The notes under the pieces were generated by a model. It was not told the origin of the DNA. It worked only from the letters and a program-made list of their open reading frames with translations, and made no database searches. DNA of 64,000 bases from the NCBI GenBank assembly GCA_913009895.1, contig CAJVXY010000008.1, forward strand, positions 9,904-73,903. Direction: 5' to 3'. The DNA is from an uncultured Acidiferrobacteraceae bacterium. Its GTDB lineage: Bacteria > Pseudomonadota > Gammaproteobacteria > Acidiferrobacterales > SZUA-150. Shown here one piece after another: positions 18,111 to 26,930 of the stretch (position 1 is its first letter; the number at the start of each line of letters is the position of its first letter). Both the position numbers and the translations under genes were made by a program.

Positions 18111-19562
18111 CTACATACGACGAGTGGCCAGGCTACGATGGCGCGGTAGTGGTGGAATACGGAGAATGTGAGGCAGAAAACGCCAGTAAGGCGGTGCCAG
18201 TCCCAGGATGTGACTGAAACGATAGACCCGGTCTGTAATTGCACGCGATGCTGGATGCGAATTCTCGAATGCATGGACAACATTAGCCTGTTTGGCGATA
18301 GTGCGACTAACACGTCGTAATATCCATGACTCAGGTAATTCTGGTGAAAAATAAAATGTTGGGTTGAGTAAATCATGCTGCGGGGACAAGTAACCATCCC
18401 GTTTACAGTCTTTTTCAAGTTGCGTGCCTGGTAAAATCCGGATTCCGGTTGTAAACATTGCCAGGAATCTGTTACCTGTTAGCTGGCTTTCAACAAAGCT
18501 CATGGTTTGTTCAACCGTTTCCCGAGTTTCGCCGGGCGCACCAAGAATAAAGAACCACATGCTTGAAATACCAGAAGCTCTGGCCAGCCTTGCTGTATGG
18601 TAAACTTGCTCCTGGGTAAAACCCTTGTTCATTTTCTCCAGTACGATGTCGCTCGCACTTTCAGGTGTTATCATCATGGAATTGAAGCCTGCACGCTTCA
18701 TTAACGTAAAAAGTTCTTTTGAGGCGCCTAAAGGATTAACGCCCATTGCAGTAAATTTTACCTTCAGACGTCTGCGAATAATTTCTTCGCATAACATAAT
18801 AGTATGGCTCTGAGGCAGATTAAAAATAGAATCAACAAATTCAAAAGCCCTGGGTTTAATTATTTTTATTACTGTTTCTATTTCATCTACCACTTCCTCG
18901 ATCGGGCGTTTACGTATATTCCTGCCCTCTATGCATGAATAGGCACAGTAGTTGCACGATAACGGGCAACCGCGTTTGCTTTGTATGGGCCAGGTCGCGC
19001 CCTGTTTTTGATACTGTTGCCAACTAATCCAGTTTTCCATGCCTGAAGAACCGATCGATTGATTAGGACAAGCCGCGATATTTAAATTGAAACGCGTGTC
19101 ACGGTGGCACAATCCCGCTACCCGATCGAAACGCTTTGCCCCCTCTATTTCATCCAGAAGTTTCGGGAAACTTTTTTCTCCCTCTCCCAGAATAGCAAAA
19201 TCAGCATCAAGTTTGTTTAGTACGTCACTTCCGATAATTGAAATTGCCGGTCCACCCAGGACTATGTCGGCATTACTGTGTTCTCGAATTAAGGTGATTT
19301 GCTGATTGAGTTGTTCAATATGGGATACGCTTCGCTGGTGAACAAGGTTATCGATATTCCGTACAGATATACCAATGACCCGGGGTTTATAACTACCGAG
19401 TGTCTTGTATAGGTTGGCCATGCCATGAGGGTCCATTAACATGTCAATGAATTTAACATCATGACCAGCCCGGGCTGTTGCAGTTGCAACATAACTGAGG
19501 CCAATAGGCGGGGCTGGCAATAATTCAGTTGAAGTGTTTGAATAAATTAATAATACACGCAT
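18111..19562 (-). CDS. B12-binding-domain radical SAM (class B) enzyme of unknown substrate
   Basis: The N-terminus MRVLLIYSN...PPIGLSYVATATARAGHDVKFIDM is a B12-binding-type Rossmann region. The radical SAM cluster motif is CPLSCNYCAY. The gene is monocistronic on the minus strand. Confidence 0.8.
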   Translation of the reverse strand: MRVLLIYSNTSTELLPAPPIGLSYVATATARAGHDVKFIDMLMDPHGMANLYKTLGSYKPRVIGISVRNIDNLVHQRSVSHIEQLNQQITLIREHSNADIVLGGPAISIIGSDVLNKLDADFAILGEGEKSFPKLLDEIEGAKRFDRVAGLCHRDTRFNLNIAACPNQSIGSSGMENWISWQQYQKQGATWPIQSKRGCPLSCNYCAYSCIEGRNIRKRPIEEVVDEIETVIKIIKPRAFEFVDSIFNLPQSHTIMLCEEIIRRRLKVKFTAMGVNPLGASKELFTLMKRAGFNSMMITPESASDIVLEKMNKGFTQEQVYHTARLARASGISSMWFFILGAPGETRETVEQTMSFVESQLTGNRFLAMFTTGIRILPGTQLEKDCKRDGYLSPQHDLLNPTFYFSPELPESWILRRVSRTIAKQANVVHAFENSHPASRAITDRVYRFSHILGLAPPYWRFLPHILRIPPLPRHRSLATRRM

Positions 19563-19972
19563 GACATCTGGATAGAGTGTTTCTGATTAGTATTTATGGA
19601 CGGGATAGTTTTGTTAGAAAACTAAAAATATTTTATATCGTATAGTATGATAAATAGTTAAAAACCATAAAAGTTATCCATGTTGTTGAAATGTGTAATA
19701 TGTCAATTATTTATAAAATAAATATCACAATATGGCTGGTAAACAATAATTAACGAAATAATAATATTTTATAGTAGAGAATTCATGTATAACAATTCGC
19801 TAACAATACCAAAAATTCGTATCTGTACTAGTGGTATAAGTCAAAAGGGAGTATTGATTTAAAAATAAATAAATATCTTTTTATCTGCAGAAGGAAAATT
19901 GACCTGGATCAAAAGGAACAGCCTGGATGGCTGCCACTATCGGGCTCTTTTAAAAAATGACAGGGTTACTTA
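19563..19972. promoter_or_regulatory. 410-bp very AT-rich divergent promoter region (B12-rSAM on one side, TauD-like/yhcC/ubiUV on the other)
   Basis: No ORF of 60 aa or more is called here. The region lies between divergently oriented start codons. I could not assign a specific promoter motif. Confidence 0.4.
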
Positions 19973-20908
19973 ATGTTTTCTTTATCACAAACAAAAGGAT
20001 CAAATAAGAACAATCCATTTGATCTTAATAATACAGATGCCTATCACTATTGGCGTGATAAAAAACTGTCAGGTTACCCAACATCAATTGATGAACTATT
20101 AATTGAGATTAAAGATCCACGGGCATTATCGGCAGCAGAATATCAGACCATCATACGATCCTGTGGTAAAACCAATATGGCGCTCTATCGTAGTGAGACC
20201 GTTGGCGACAGCGATAAAAACATACCTCTGATGCTGGCAAAACAATTGGGTTTGAGGTTGCTGGATCACAATTGGTTGGCAGATAAAGAAGGTGTCACCA
20301 GCCTGACAGTCAGGCCCACTGGAGAACGCAGCCACTATATTCCTTATACCAACCGACCCATTCACTGGCACACAGACGGTTATTACAATCCAGCGCATCG
20401 GCAAATCCACAGCCTGTTGCTACATTGTGTTGCCAGTGCTGCGCAGGGCGGAGAAAATGCATTACTGGATCACGAGATCGCCTATATCCTGATTCGTGAT
20501 GAGAATCCTGACTATATACGGGCACTGATGGCAAATGATGCCATGACGATACCGGCGCGGATAAGTGATACCGGGACAGCCCGGCCTGATCAGCCCGGAC
20601 CCGTTTTTTCTATCAACCCGGTAAGTGGTGATTTACATATGAGGTATACTGCACGCACACGCAGCATAATATGGGAGCATCACGCACTAACGCGCGAGGC
20701 AGTGGACTTCGTGTCGCAACTACTCGACAGTGATTCAGGTTATATCTTTCGGGGTCGACTGGAGCCCGGGATGGGCCTGATTAGCAACAATGTGTTGCAT
20801 GATCGAGCTGGATTTGAAAATGATGCCCTTCATGAACGTTTACTATACCGCGCACGTTTCTATGACAGAATCAGGGACACTGGAATGCGAAAAGTTTTCC
20901 AGTTCTGA
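19973..20908 (+). CDS. TauD/TfdA-family Fe(II)/2-oxoglutarate-dependent dioxygenase-like protein
   Basis: A putative facial triad is HWHTDGYY (HxD) plus the distal NNVLHDRAGF. Its ~310-aa size is typical of the family. Confidence 0.65.
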   Translation: MFSLSQTKGSNKNNPFDLNNTDAYHYWRDKKLSGYPTSIDELLIEIKDPRALSAAEYQTIIRSCGKTNMALYRSETVGDSDKNIPLMLAKQLGLRLLDHNWLADKEGVTSLTVRPTGERSHYIPYTNRPIHWHTDGYYNPAHRQIHSLLLHCVASAAQGGENALLDHEIAYILIRDENPDYIRALMANDAMTIPARISDTGTARPDQPGPVFSINPVSGDLHMRYTARTRSIIWEHHALTREAVDFVSQLLDSDSGYIFRGRLEPGMGLISNNVLHDRAGFENDALHERLLYRARFYDRIRDTGMRKVFQF

Positions 20909-20917
20909 GGTGTCAAG

Positions 20918-21910
20918 ATGACACTTGCTGACTATGTCAACACTTTTGGTCAGGACATGGTCGCCCGCCATGGCGAGCGTGTGCACAAAATTGCCATTGA
21001 TGCTGGTTTCAGTTGTCCCAACCGAGATGGCAGCAAGGGCCATGGTGGCTGTACCTTTTGTAATAATGCTTCATTCAGTCCCAATGGCCGTAAACCGCCC
21101 CCTATTGCAAACCAGATTGCCGCCGGCAAACAGGTGATACGCAAACGCACCGGCGCGCGAAAATACCTTGCTTATTTCCAGGCCTATACCAACACCTATG
21201 CTGATATAGGGCATCTGCGCGCCCAATATGATCAGGCCCTGGATGATCCCGATGTTATCGGCCTGTCCATAGGCACACGACCGGATTGTGTGCCACCCGC
21301 GGTACTGGACTTGCTGGCCGATTATCGCGACCAGGGCTATGAAATCTGGCTGGAGCTGGGCCTGCAGTCCATTTTTGATACAACATTGGAACGGGTTAAT
21401 CGCGGTCATAGCCTGATCGAATACGAACAGGCCATCAGGGATGCACAGGCCCGACACCTTAATACGTGCACGCACCTCATCGTTGGCCTGCCGGGTGAAA
21501 CGGAAGACCACGTCATCCAGAGTCTCGACCATGTGCTTATGCTAGGTGTGCAGGGATTAAAGCTGCACCCCCTACATGTGGTGAAGGGCACGCGGTTGGC
21601 CAATGACTGGCGCCGCGGCGAATATCAACCTCTGTCTTACGAACAATACGTTCATACGGTGGTGGATCTGATTGAACGCACTCCACCGGATATCATTTAT
21701 CATCGCATTACCGCTACGGCATCGAGAGATATTTTATTGGCGCCGGATTGGTGCGCCCACAAGTGGAAAGTAATTAATGGTATTGAGTCGGTGCTCCGTT
21801 GCCGTCATACCCGTCAGGGCAGCCACTGCGTTTCAGGGCTATCCCCGTCCACTGTACTTGAAGGTTCCCGCCCCGATGATCGCCGTCAATTTGTTGCCCG
21901 TACCCTATGA
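20918..21910 (+). CDS. yhcC: TIGR01212-family radical SAM protein (YhcC orthologue)
   Basis: GFSCPNRDGSKGHGGCTFCNN, KYLAYFQAYTNTY, GLSIGTRPDCVP, GYEIWLELGLQS and LIVGLPGE track E. coli YhcC as I remember it. The RBS GAGGTG overlaps the upstream stop codon. Confidence 0.85.
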   Translation: MTLADYVNTFGQDMVARHGERVHKIAIDAGFSCPNRDGSKGHGGCTFCNNASFSPNGRKPPPIANQIAAGKQVIRKRTGARKYLAYFQAYTNTYADIGHLRAQYDQALDDPDVIGLSIGTRPDCVPPAVLDLLADYRDQGYEIWLELGLQSIFDTTLERVNRGHSLIEYEQAIRDAQARHLNTCTHLIVGLPGETEDHVIQSLDHVLMLGVQGLKLHPLHVVKGTRLANDWRRGEYQPLSYEQYVHTVVDLIERTPPDIIYHRITATASRDILLAPDWCAHKWKVINGIESVLRCRHTRQGSHCVSGLSPSTVLEGSRPDDRRQFVARTL

Positions 21911-22923
21911 CCACCAGCAAAAATAATGTCGAACTTGTCTGCCCTGCCGGTAATTTACCGGCCTTAAAAGCCGCTGTTGATAACGGAGCAGATAGTGTCT
22001 ATCTTGGTTTTCGTGATGGCACCAATGCACGCAATTTCCCCGGGCTGGGTTTTGATAATAACGAACTCGATCGGGCGATTGATTATGCCCATAACAAAGG
22101 CCGCAAGGTGTTGATGGCCATCAATACCTATCCCAGGCCCCACCAATGGCAACAATGGTGTCAGGCCATCGATAGCTCGGCAAGCCATAATGTTGACGCA
22201 TTGATCCTGGCGGACCCCGGGCTGATGCATTATGCGACCACCACTTATCCTGATTTACGCCTGCATTTGTCGGTACAAGGTTCTGCCACCAACCACGAGG
22301 CCATTGATTTTTATGCCAGACATTATGCCATCCGGCGTGTGGTGTTACCGCGGGTGCTGTCACTGTCACAAATCAAACAGGTCATCAAAAATACCGATGT
22401 TGAAGTGGAAGTTTTCGGTTTCGGTAGCCTCTGTGTAATGGTGGAAGGCCGCTGCATATTGTCTTCCTATGTCACAGGTAAATCACCCAATTCCAACGGC
22501 GTCTGTTCACCGGCAGAAGCGGTGCGTTGGGAAGAAACACCACAAGGACGCCGTTCGCGTCTTAATGGTGTGTTGATAGATGAATATGCACCCGATGAAC
22601 ATGCCGGTTATCCTACATTATGTAAAGGTCGTTATAAGGTAAACGATAATATTTTTTACGCGATCGAAGAACCCACCAGTCTCAATATTCTGGAGATACT
22701 GCCAGAACTTATTCAAGCTGGTGTGGTGGCCATCAAGGTTGAAGGGCGACAACGCAGTCCCGCCTACGTAGCAAGTGTGACGCGTGTCCTGCGTGAAGCA
22801 CTGGATCAATGCATGGCCAATCCAGATAACTTCAGCGTGTTATCAACATGGATGGCGCAACTGGACAAGGTTGCCGAAGGGTCCTGCCATACCCTGGGCG
22901 CCTATCATCGCCCCTGGCAATAA
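21907..22923 (+). CDS. ubiU: U32-family O2-independent ubiquinone hydroxylation protein UbiU (YhbU)
   Basis: VELVCPAGNLPALKAAVDNGADSVYLGFRDGTNARNFPGLGF parallels the E. coli YhbU N-terminus. The start ATG overlaps the yhcC stop codon (ATGA at 21907-21910). Confidence 0.85.
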   Translation: MTTSKNNVELVCPAGNLPALKAAVDNGADSVYLGFRDGTNARNFPGLGFDNNELDRAIDYAHNKGRKVLMAINTYPRPHQWQQWCQAIDSSASHNVDALILADPGLMHYATTTYPDLRLHLSVQGSATNHEAIDFYARHYAIRRVVLPRVLSLSQIKQVIKNTDVEVEVFGFGSLCVMVEGRCILSSYVTGKSPNSNGVCSPAEAVRWEETPQGRRSRLNGVLIDEYAPDEHAGYPTLCKGRYKVNDNIFYAIEEPTSLNILEILPELIQAGVVAIKVEGRQRSPAYVASVTRVLREALDQCMANPDNFSVLSTWMAQLDKVAEGSCHTLGAYHRPWQ

Positions 22924-22972
22924 TCATTTATGCCCACACCTGTAAAAGAATGAAAAGGGATACGTGACTCGT

Positions 22973-23899
22973 ATGCGAATTTCTTTAGGACCCTTGTTGT
23001 ATTTCTGGGATCGGCAAACGGTGCTGGATTATTACAACAAGATTGCACAGTTGCCCGTGGATATTGTTTACCTGGGTGAAACCGTGTGTGCCAAGCGACG
23101 CGAATTGCGGGGTGATGACTGGCTGAACCTGGCCACCATGCTTGAAGATGCAGGCAAGGAAGTGGTGTTATCGACCTTATCACTGATTGAGGCAGAATCA
23201 GATCTGGCCCTGGTAAAACGTGTTTGTCAAAACGGTTCTTACCAGGTTGAAGCCAACGACATGGCCGCAATTAATTTGCAAAAACCCGGCACACCTTTTG
23301 TTGTTGGGCCCCACATCAATACTTATAACAGCAGCACGCTGGCCCAGATGTCGGCGTTGGGCGCCAGGCGATGGGTAATGCCGCTGGAGCTGGCTGGCGA
23401 GAACCTCAAGGCCATGCAAGCGCAGCGACCTGTTAATATGGAAACCGAGGTGTTTGTTTTTGGTCGTCTGCCACTGGCTTTTTCTGCCCGCTGTTACACG
23501 GCGCGCGCCCATAATATCAGTAAAGATGACTGTGGTTTTTGTTGCCGTGAATATGAACAGGGACTGCTGCTTGCCACACGGGAGCAACAACCGTTTCTTG
23601 TTATCAATGGCGTACAGATGCAGTCAGCCCGGACTTTTTGCCTGGTTGATCAGCTACCTGAATTAGCACAACTGGGAGTGGATATTATTCGATTGTCCCC
23701 GCAGTTGCAGGGTATGACGGAAATTATCGACCTGGTTGACAAGGTACGGAATCAACGTCTTGAACCGGCGTTGGCAGTGGTATCACTCAAACGCCATATG
23801 CCCACAGGTCCCTGTGACGGTTATTGGTATGGCGATGCCGGTATGGATCTTCTTGGTAAGGATTTTTTGGATGCGAATCTTCAGGAGAAAGGTCTGTGA
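22973..23899 (+). CDS. ubiV: U32-family O2-independent ubiquinone hydroxylation protein UbiV (YhbV)
   Basis: MRISLGPLLYFWDRQTVLDYY...VDIVYLGETVCAKRREL parallels E. coli YhbV (MKYSLGPVLWYW...). It lies immediately downstream of ubiU. Confidence 0.8.
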   Translation: MRISLGPLLYFWDRQTVLDYYNKIAQLPVDIVYLGETVCAKRRELRGDDWLNLATMLEDAGKEVVLSTLSLIEAESDLALVKRVCQNGSYQVEANDMAAINLQKPGTPFVVGPHINTYNSSTLAQMSALGARRWVMPLELAGENLKAMQAQRPVNMETEVFVFGRLPLAFSARCYTARAHNISKDDCGFCCREYEQGLLLATREQQPFLVINGVQMQSARTFCLVDQLPELAQLGVDIIRLSPQLQGMTEIIDLVDKVRNQRLEPALAVVSLKRHMPTGPCDGYWYGDAGMDLLGKDFLDANLQEKGL

Positions 23900-23939
23900 T
23901 CGTGACCAATGATGCTCATACTGGTGTCTCTAAGACAGG

Positions 23940-24428
23940 CTATCTAACTGGTATTTGTTCACGAAGCCGCCTCGCCAGTTTCGCCAGCACCTGGGGCGGT
24001 GGATGGCCGAAAACATCGGCGATATGGGCGCTCCAATCAAAATCCAGGGCATCGAGCAGGTTTTTGATAGCCAGGCTGACTTCAGTGTTGCCCTCAATGT
24101 TCAGGCGGCGATTAAAAAACAGGGTATCGGGGTCCTCGGCACGGGTTGCCAGTAACCAGAAATCAGCAAGTTCGCCGCTGATGCGTGTATCCCAATGGTC
24201 GTTACGTGAACGAAACAATCGGCTATTTTTGATCGTAAAACTTAGCGCGAGGGGAATATCTGTGACCCGGATACACAGGCTTTTTCCTTCCAGATCCTTG
24301 AGCCGATCCTCAAGGCCTTGTCCACGCATAAAGTGGTTGCAGGCCCTGGCGACGATTGCGCTATGCAAGGCATCCGGCATCAAGCGCAACGGTTTTGCCA
24401 GGGTTGTTAGTACTCGTAATCTATTCAT
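23940..24428 (-). CDS. ubiT: SCP2-domain accessory factor UbiT (YhbT)
   Basis: The minus-strand translation contains EDPDTLFFNRRLNIEGNTEVSLAIKNLLDAL, matching the YhbT motif QDPDTLFFQRRLVIEGDTE. The overlapping plus-strand ORF 23896..24486 is low-complexity and is rejected. Confidence 0.8.
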   Translation of the reverse strand: MNRLRVLTTLAKPLRLMPDALHSAIVARACNHFMRGQGLEDRLKDLEGKSLCIRVTDIPLALSFTIKNSRLFRSRNDHWDTRISGELADFWLLATRAEDPDTLFFNRRLNIEGNTEVSLAIKNLLDALDFDWSAHIADVFGHPPPQVLAKLARRLREQIPVR

Positions 24429-24595
24429 GATGATTGATCGAAACCAGGGTCTGTTGCACAGAGAGAATATTCCAGAAAGAATATAACAGGGACACTATGC
24501 CAAAAATTTGTACAGATCACATTGATAAACGTCAATCAAATACAGGCCAATCGAATTCAGTCCGGTATTTTTGAGGGTAAAAAAGGGCGGTAATT

Positions 24596-26068
24596 ATGAT
24601 GAAGTACAAATCAATGCGGGATTTTATTTCTGCACTGGAGCAACAGGGAGAACTCAAGCGCATCCGCCATGAGGTTGATCCGAACCTGGAGATCACCGAA
24701 ATCAGCCAAAGAGTATTAAAGTCTCAGGGACCGGCATTGTTATTTGAAAATCCCAAGGGACATAAGACTCCCGTGTTGACGAATTTGTTTGGCACCACGC
24801 ACCGCGTGGCCATGGGTATGGGCCAGGAATCTCTTGCCTCCTTACGTGACGTGGGAGAAGTGTTGGCCTTTCTGAAAGAGCCGCGTATGCCCTCAGGATT
24901 TCGCGACACCCTGGACAAGGCCTCGTCATTTAAAAAAATACTGGATATCAGGCCCAGGGAATTGGCTTCTGCACCATGCCAGGAAAATATAATCGAGGCT
25001 AACAACGTCGACCTGTCCCGGTTGCCAGTGCAAACACAATGGCCTGGAGATGCCGGCCCCCTGATTACCTTTGGCCTGGTGATCACGCGCGGTCCCAACA
25101 AGGAACGCCAGAATATCGGTATTTATCGCCAGCAAATTATTGGTCGCAATAAAGTGATCATGCGCTGGTTACCTCATCGCGGTGGTGCCCTGGACTTCCG
25201 AGAATGGCAAGTGGCCCATCCGGGTAAACCTTTCCCGGTATCGGTTGTGATTGGCGCTGATCCGGCCACGATACTGGCGGCCGTTACCCCCATTCCAGAT
25301 ACCTTATCCGAGTTTCAGTTCGCCGGTCTGCTACGGGGCGCGCGTACCGAGGTTGTGAAATGTCTGGGCAATGACCTGCACGTTCCTGCCTCGGCCGAGT
25401 TTGTACTGGAGGGTTTCATTAAACCGGGCGAAGAGGCTGACGAGGGCCCGTTCGGTGATCACACCGGTTACTATAATTCTGTCGGTCGTTTTCCGGTGTT
25501 CACCCTGGAACGCATTTGTCATCGGCAACAACCCATTTACCACAGCACCTATATGGGGCGCTCACCTTACGACGAACCTTCAATTCTTGCTGTCGCCCTT
25601 AATGAGGTGTTTATTCCACTATTGCAAAAACAGTTTCCGGAGATTGTCGATTTTTACCTGCCACCAGAGGCTTGCTCCTATCGCATCGCCGTTGTCAGTA
25701 TCAAAAAAGCCTACTTGGGTCATGCCCGTCGCATTATGTTTGGTATTTGGTCATATCTTCGTCAATTTACATATACCAAGTTTGTTATTGTTACTGATGA
25801 TGACATCAATGTCCGTGACTGGAAGGATGTGGTCTGGGCCATGGCAACACGCATGGATCCGGTGCGCGATACCGTGGCAGTGGAAAATACACCCATTGAT
25901 TATCTCGATTTCGCCAGCCCGCAACCAGGACTAGGTTCCAAAATGGGCTTTGATGCGACCAATAAATGGCCGGGCGAAACCGAGCGCGATTGGGGTCGAC
26001 CCATTGCCATGGATAAAGCAGTTATTCAGCGTGTTGACATGATGTGGGAAGACCTGGGCATTACATAA
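24596..26068 (+). CDS. ubiD: 4-hydroxy-3-polyprenylbenzoate decarboxylase UbiD
   Basis: The N-terminus is [52 protein letters not shown] and FGDHTGYYN are also present. The 490-aa length fits UbiD. Confidence 0.9.
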   Translation: MMKYKSMRDFISALEQQGELKRIRHEVDPNLEITEISQRVLKSQGPALLFENPKGHKTPVLTNLFGTTHRVAMGMGQESLASLRDVGEVLAFLKEPRMPSGFRDTLDKASSFKKILDIRPRELASAPCQENIIEANNVDLSRLPVQTQWPGDAGPLITFGLVITRGPNKERQNIGIYRQQIIGRNKVIMRWLPHRGGALDFREWQVAHPGKPFPVSVVIGADPATILAAVTPIPDTLSEFQFAGLLRGARTEVVKCLGNDLHVPASAEFVLEGFIKPGEEADEGPFGDHTGYYNSVGRFPVFTLERICHRQQPIYHSTYMGRSPYDEPSILAVALNEVFIPLLQKQFPEIVDFYLPPEACSYRIAVVSIKKAYLGHARRIMFGIWSYLRQFTYTKFVIVTDDDINVRDWKDVVWAMATRMDPVRDTVAVENTPIDYLDFASPQPGLGSKMGFDATNKWPGETERDWGRPIAMDKAVIQRVDMMWEDLGIT

Positions 26069-26247
26069 ATCTCTGTATCCTGCGATAAATACATGCGAGT
26101 ATCCCACGTATAAGTCAGGCACCATCGATTTTCATTCGTCCTGTGTGCGCACCGGCTTAAACAGTTTAATAGACAGGAAGAAGTCAACTTAACGTTGGTT
26201 TTTTTTACGATTTGAGTTGTAATTATTAACAATAATCAACAAGGAGC

Positions 26248-26451
26248 ATGAAAGTGGCAGCATACACTTGTGAAAAATGTGGCATGAGCATTGGCACTAT
26301 GACCTGTGGTAAATGCGGTAAAGATTTGGTGCACAGTACGCTCAAAACGGATGAAGGCGAAACGGTTCATATTTCAGAATGCCCTGATAACCATGGCAAG
26401 GTCAAGTCCCCCATGTGTTGCGGCCAGGATATGGCTTGCACTGTTTCCTAG
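26248..26451 (+). CDS. Small cysteine-rich (putative metal-binding, zinc-ribbon-like) protein
   Basis: The pattern is CEKCG-x8-CGKCG ... ECPDNHGKVKSPMCCGQDMAC. AAGGAG (26241-46) sits only 1 nt before the ATG at 26248, so the GTG at 26254 may be the real start. Confidence 0.5.
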   Translation: MKVAAYTCEKCGMSIGTMTCGKCGKDLVHSTLKTDEGETVHISECPDNHGKVKSPMCCGQDMACTVS

Positions 26452-26493
26452 AAGTTTTGTGGACATATAATAATACTGTTTAAGGGCATTAAC

Positions 26494-26889
26494 ATGAAAG
26501 AGATTATCGGAATAAACCATGTTGGGATCAGGGTTACGAGCCTGGATACAGCCAGGAAATTTTATGAAAAACTCGGGTTTATATTCCTTGTTGGACCGGT
26601 AGGGCCGGAACCTGTCGCTATAATGGAGCACCCATCAGGTGTGGTTATAAATTTAATTCTCAATGCCAACCCGGATAGTAACAAAAATATTTTAATGGAT
26701 ATTCCTGAAAAACACCCGGGGTATACCCATATTGCCCTGGATGTATCCGATCTTGAGTCAATTGAGGCGACACTGAAGCGGCTGGGCATCACTATCACGG
26801 AAGGCCCGATAACATTACCGAATGGTGGCAGTATGTTATTTGTCCGGGATCAGGATAATAATGTAATCGAGTTTCATAAAAATGCCTGA
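26494..26889 (+). CDS. VOC (glyoxalase/bleomycin-resistance/dioxygenase) family protein
   Basis: INHVGIRVTSLDTARKFYEKLGF...YTHIALDVSDLE...FVRDQDNNVIEF is typical of the VOC fold. Confidence 0.8.
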   Translation: MKEIIGINHVGIRVTSLDTARKFYEKLGFIFLVGPVGPEPVAIMEHPSGVVINLILNANPDSNKNILMDIPEKHPGYTHIALDVSDLESIEATLKRLGITITEGPITLPNGGSMLFVRDQDNNVIEFHKNA

Positions 26890-26930
26890 ATCTGGAATTA
26901 CAACCTGAAATTCAAACGTAATACTCTCTA

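Noticed and set aside
19563-19972. RiPP precursor peptide upstream of the B12-radical SAM gene
   Set aside because: Only ORFs of 24 codons or fewer are present (for example MYNNSLTIPKIRICTSGISQKGVLI on the plus strand). They lack a convincing RBS, are on the wrong strand or are too AT-biased, and no protease or transporter partner is present.
23896-24486. A 196-aa plus-strand ORF overlapping ubiT
   Set aside because: Its translation is low-complexity and Ser/Arg-rich with no motif. The minus-strand frame gives a clear UbiT/YhbT SCP2 protein, so the plus ORF is an antisense shadow.
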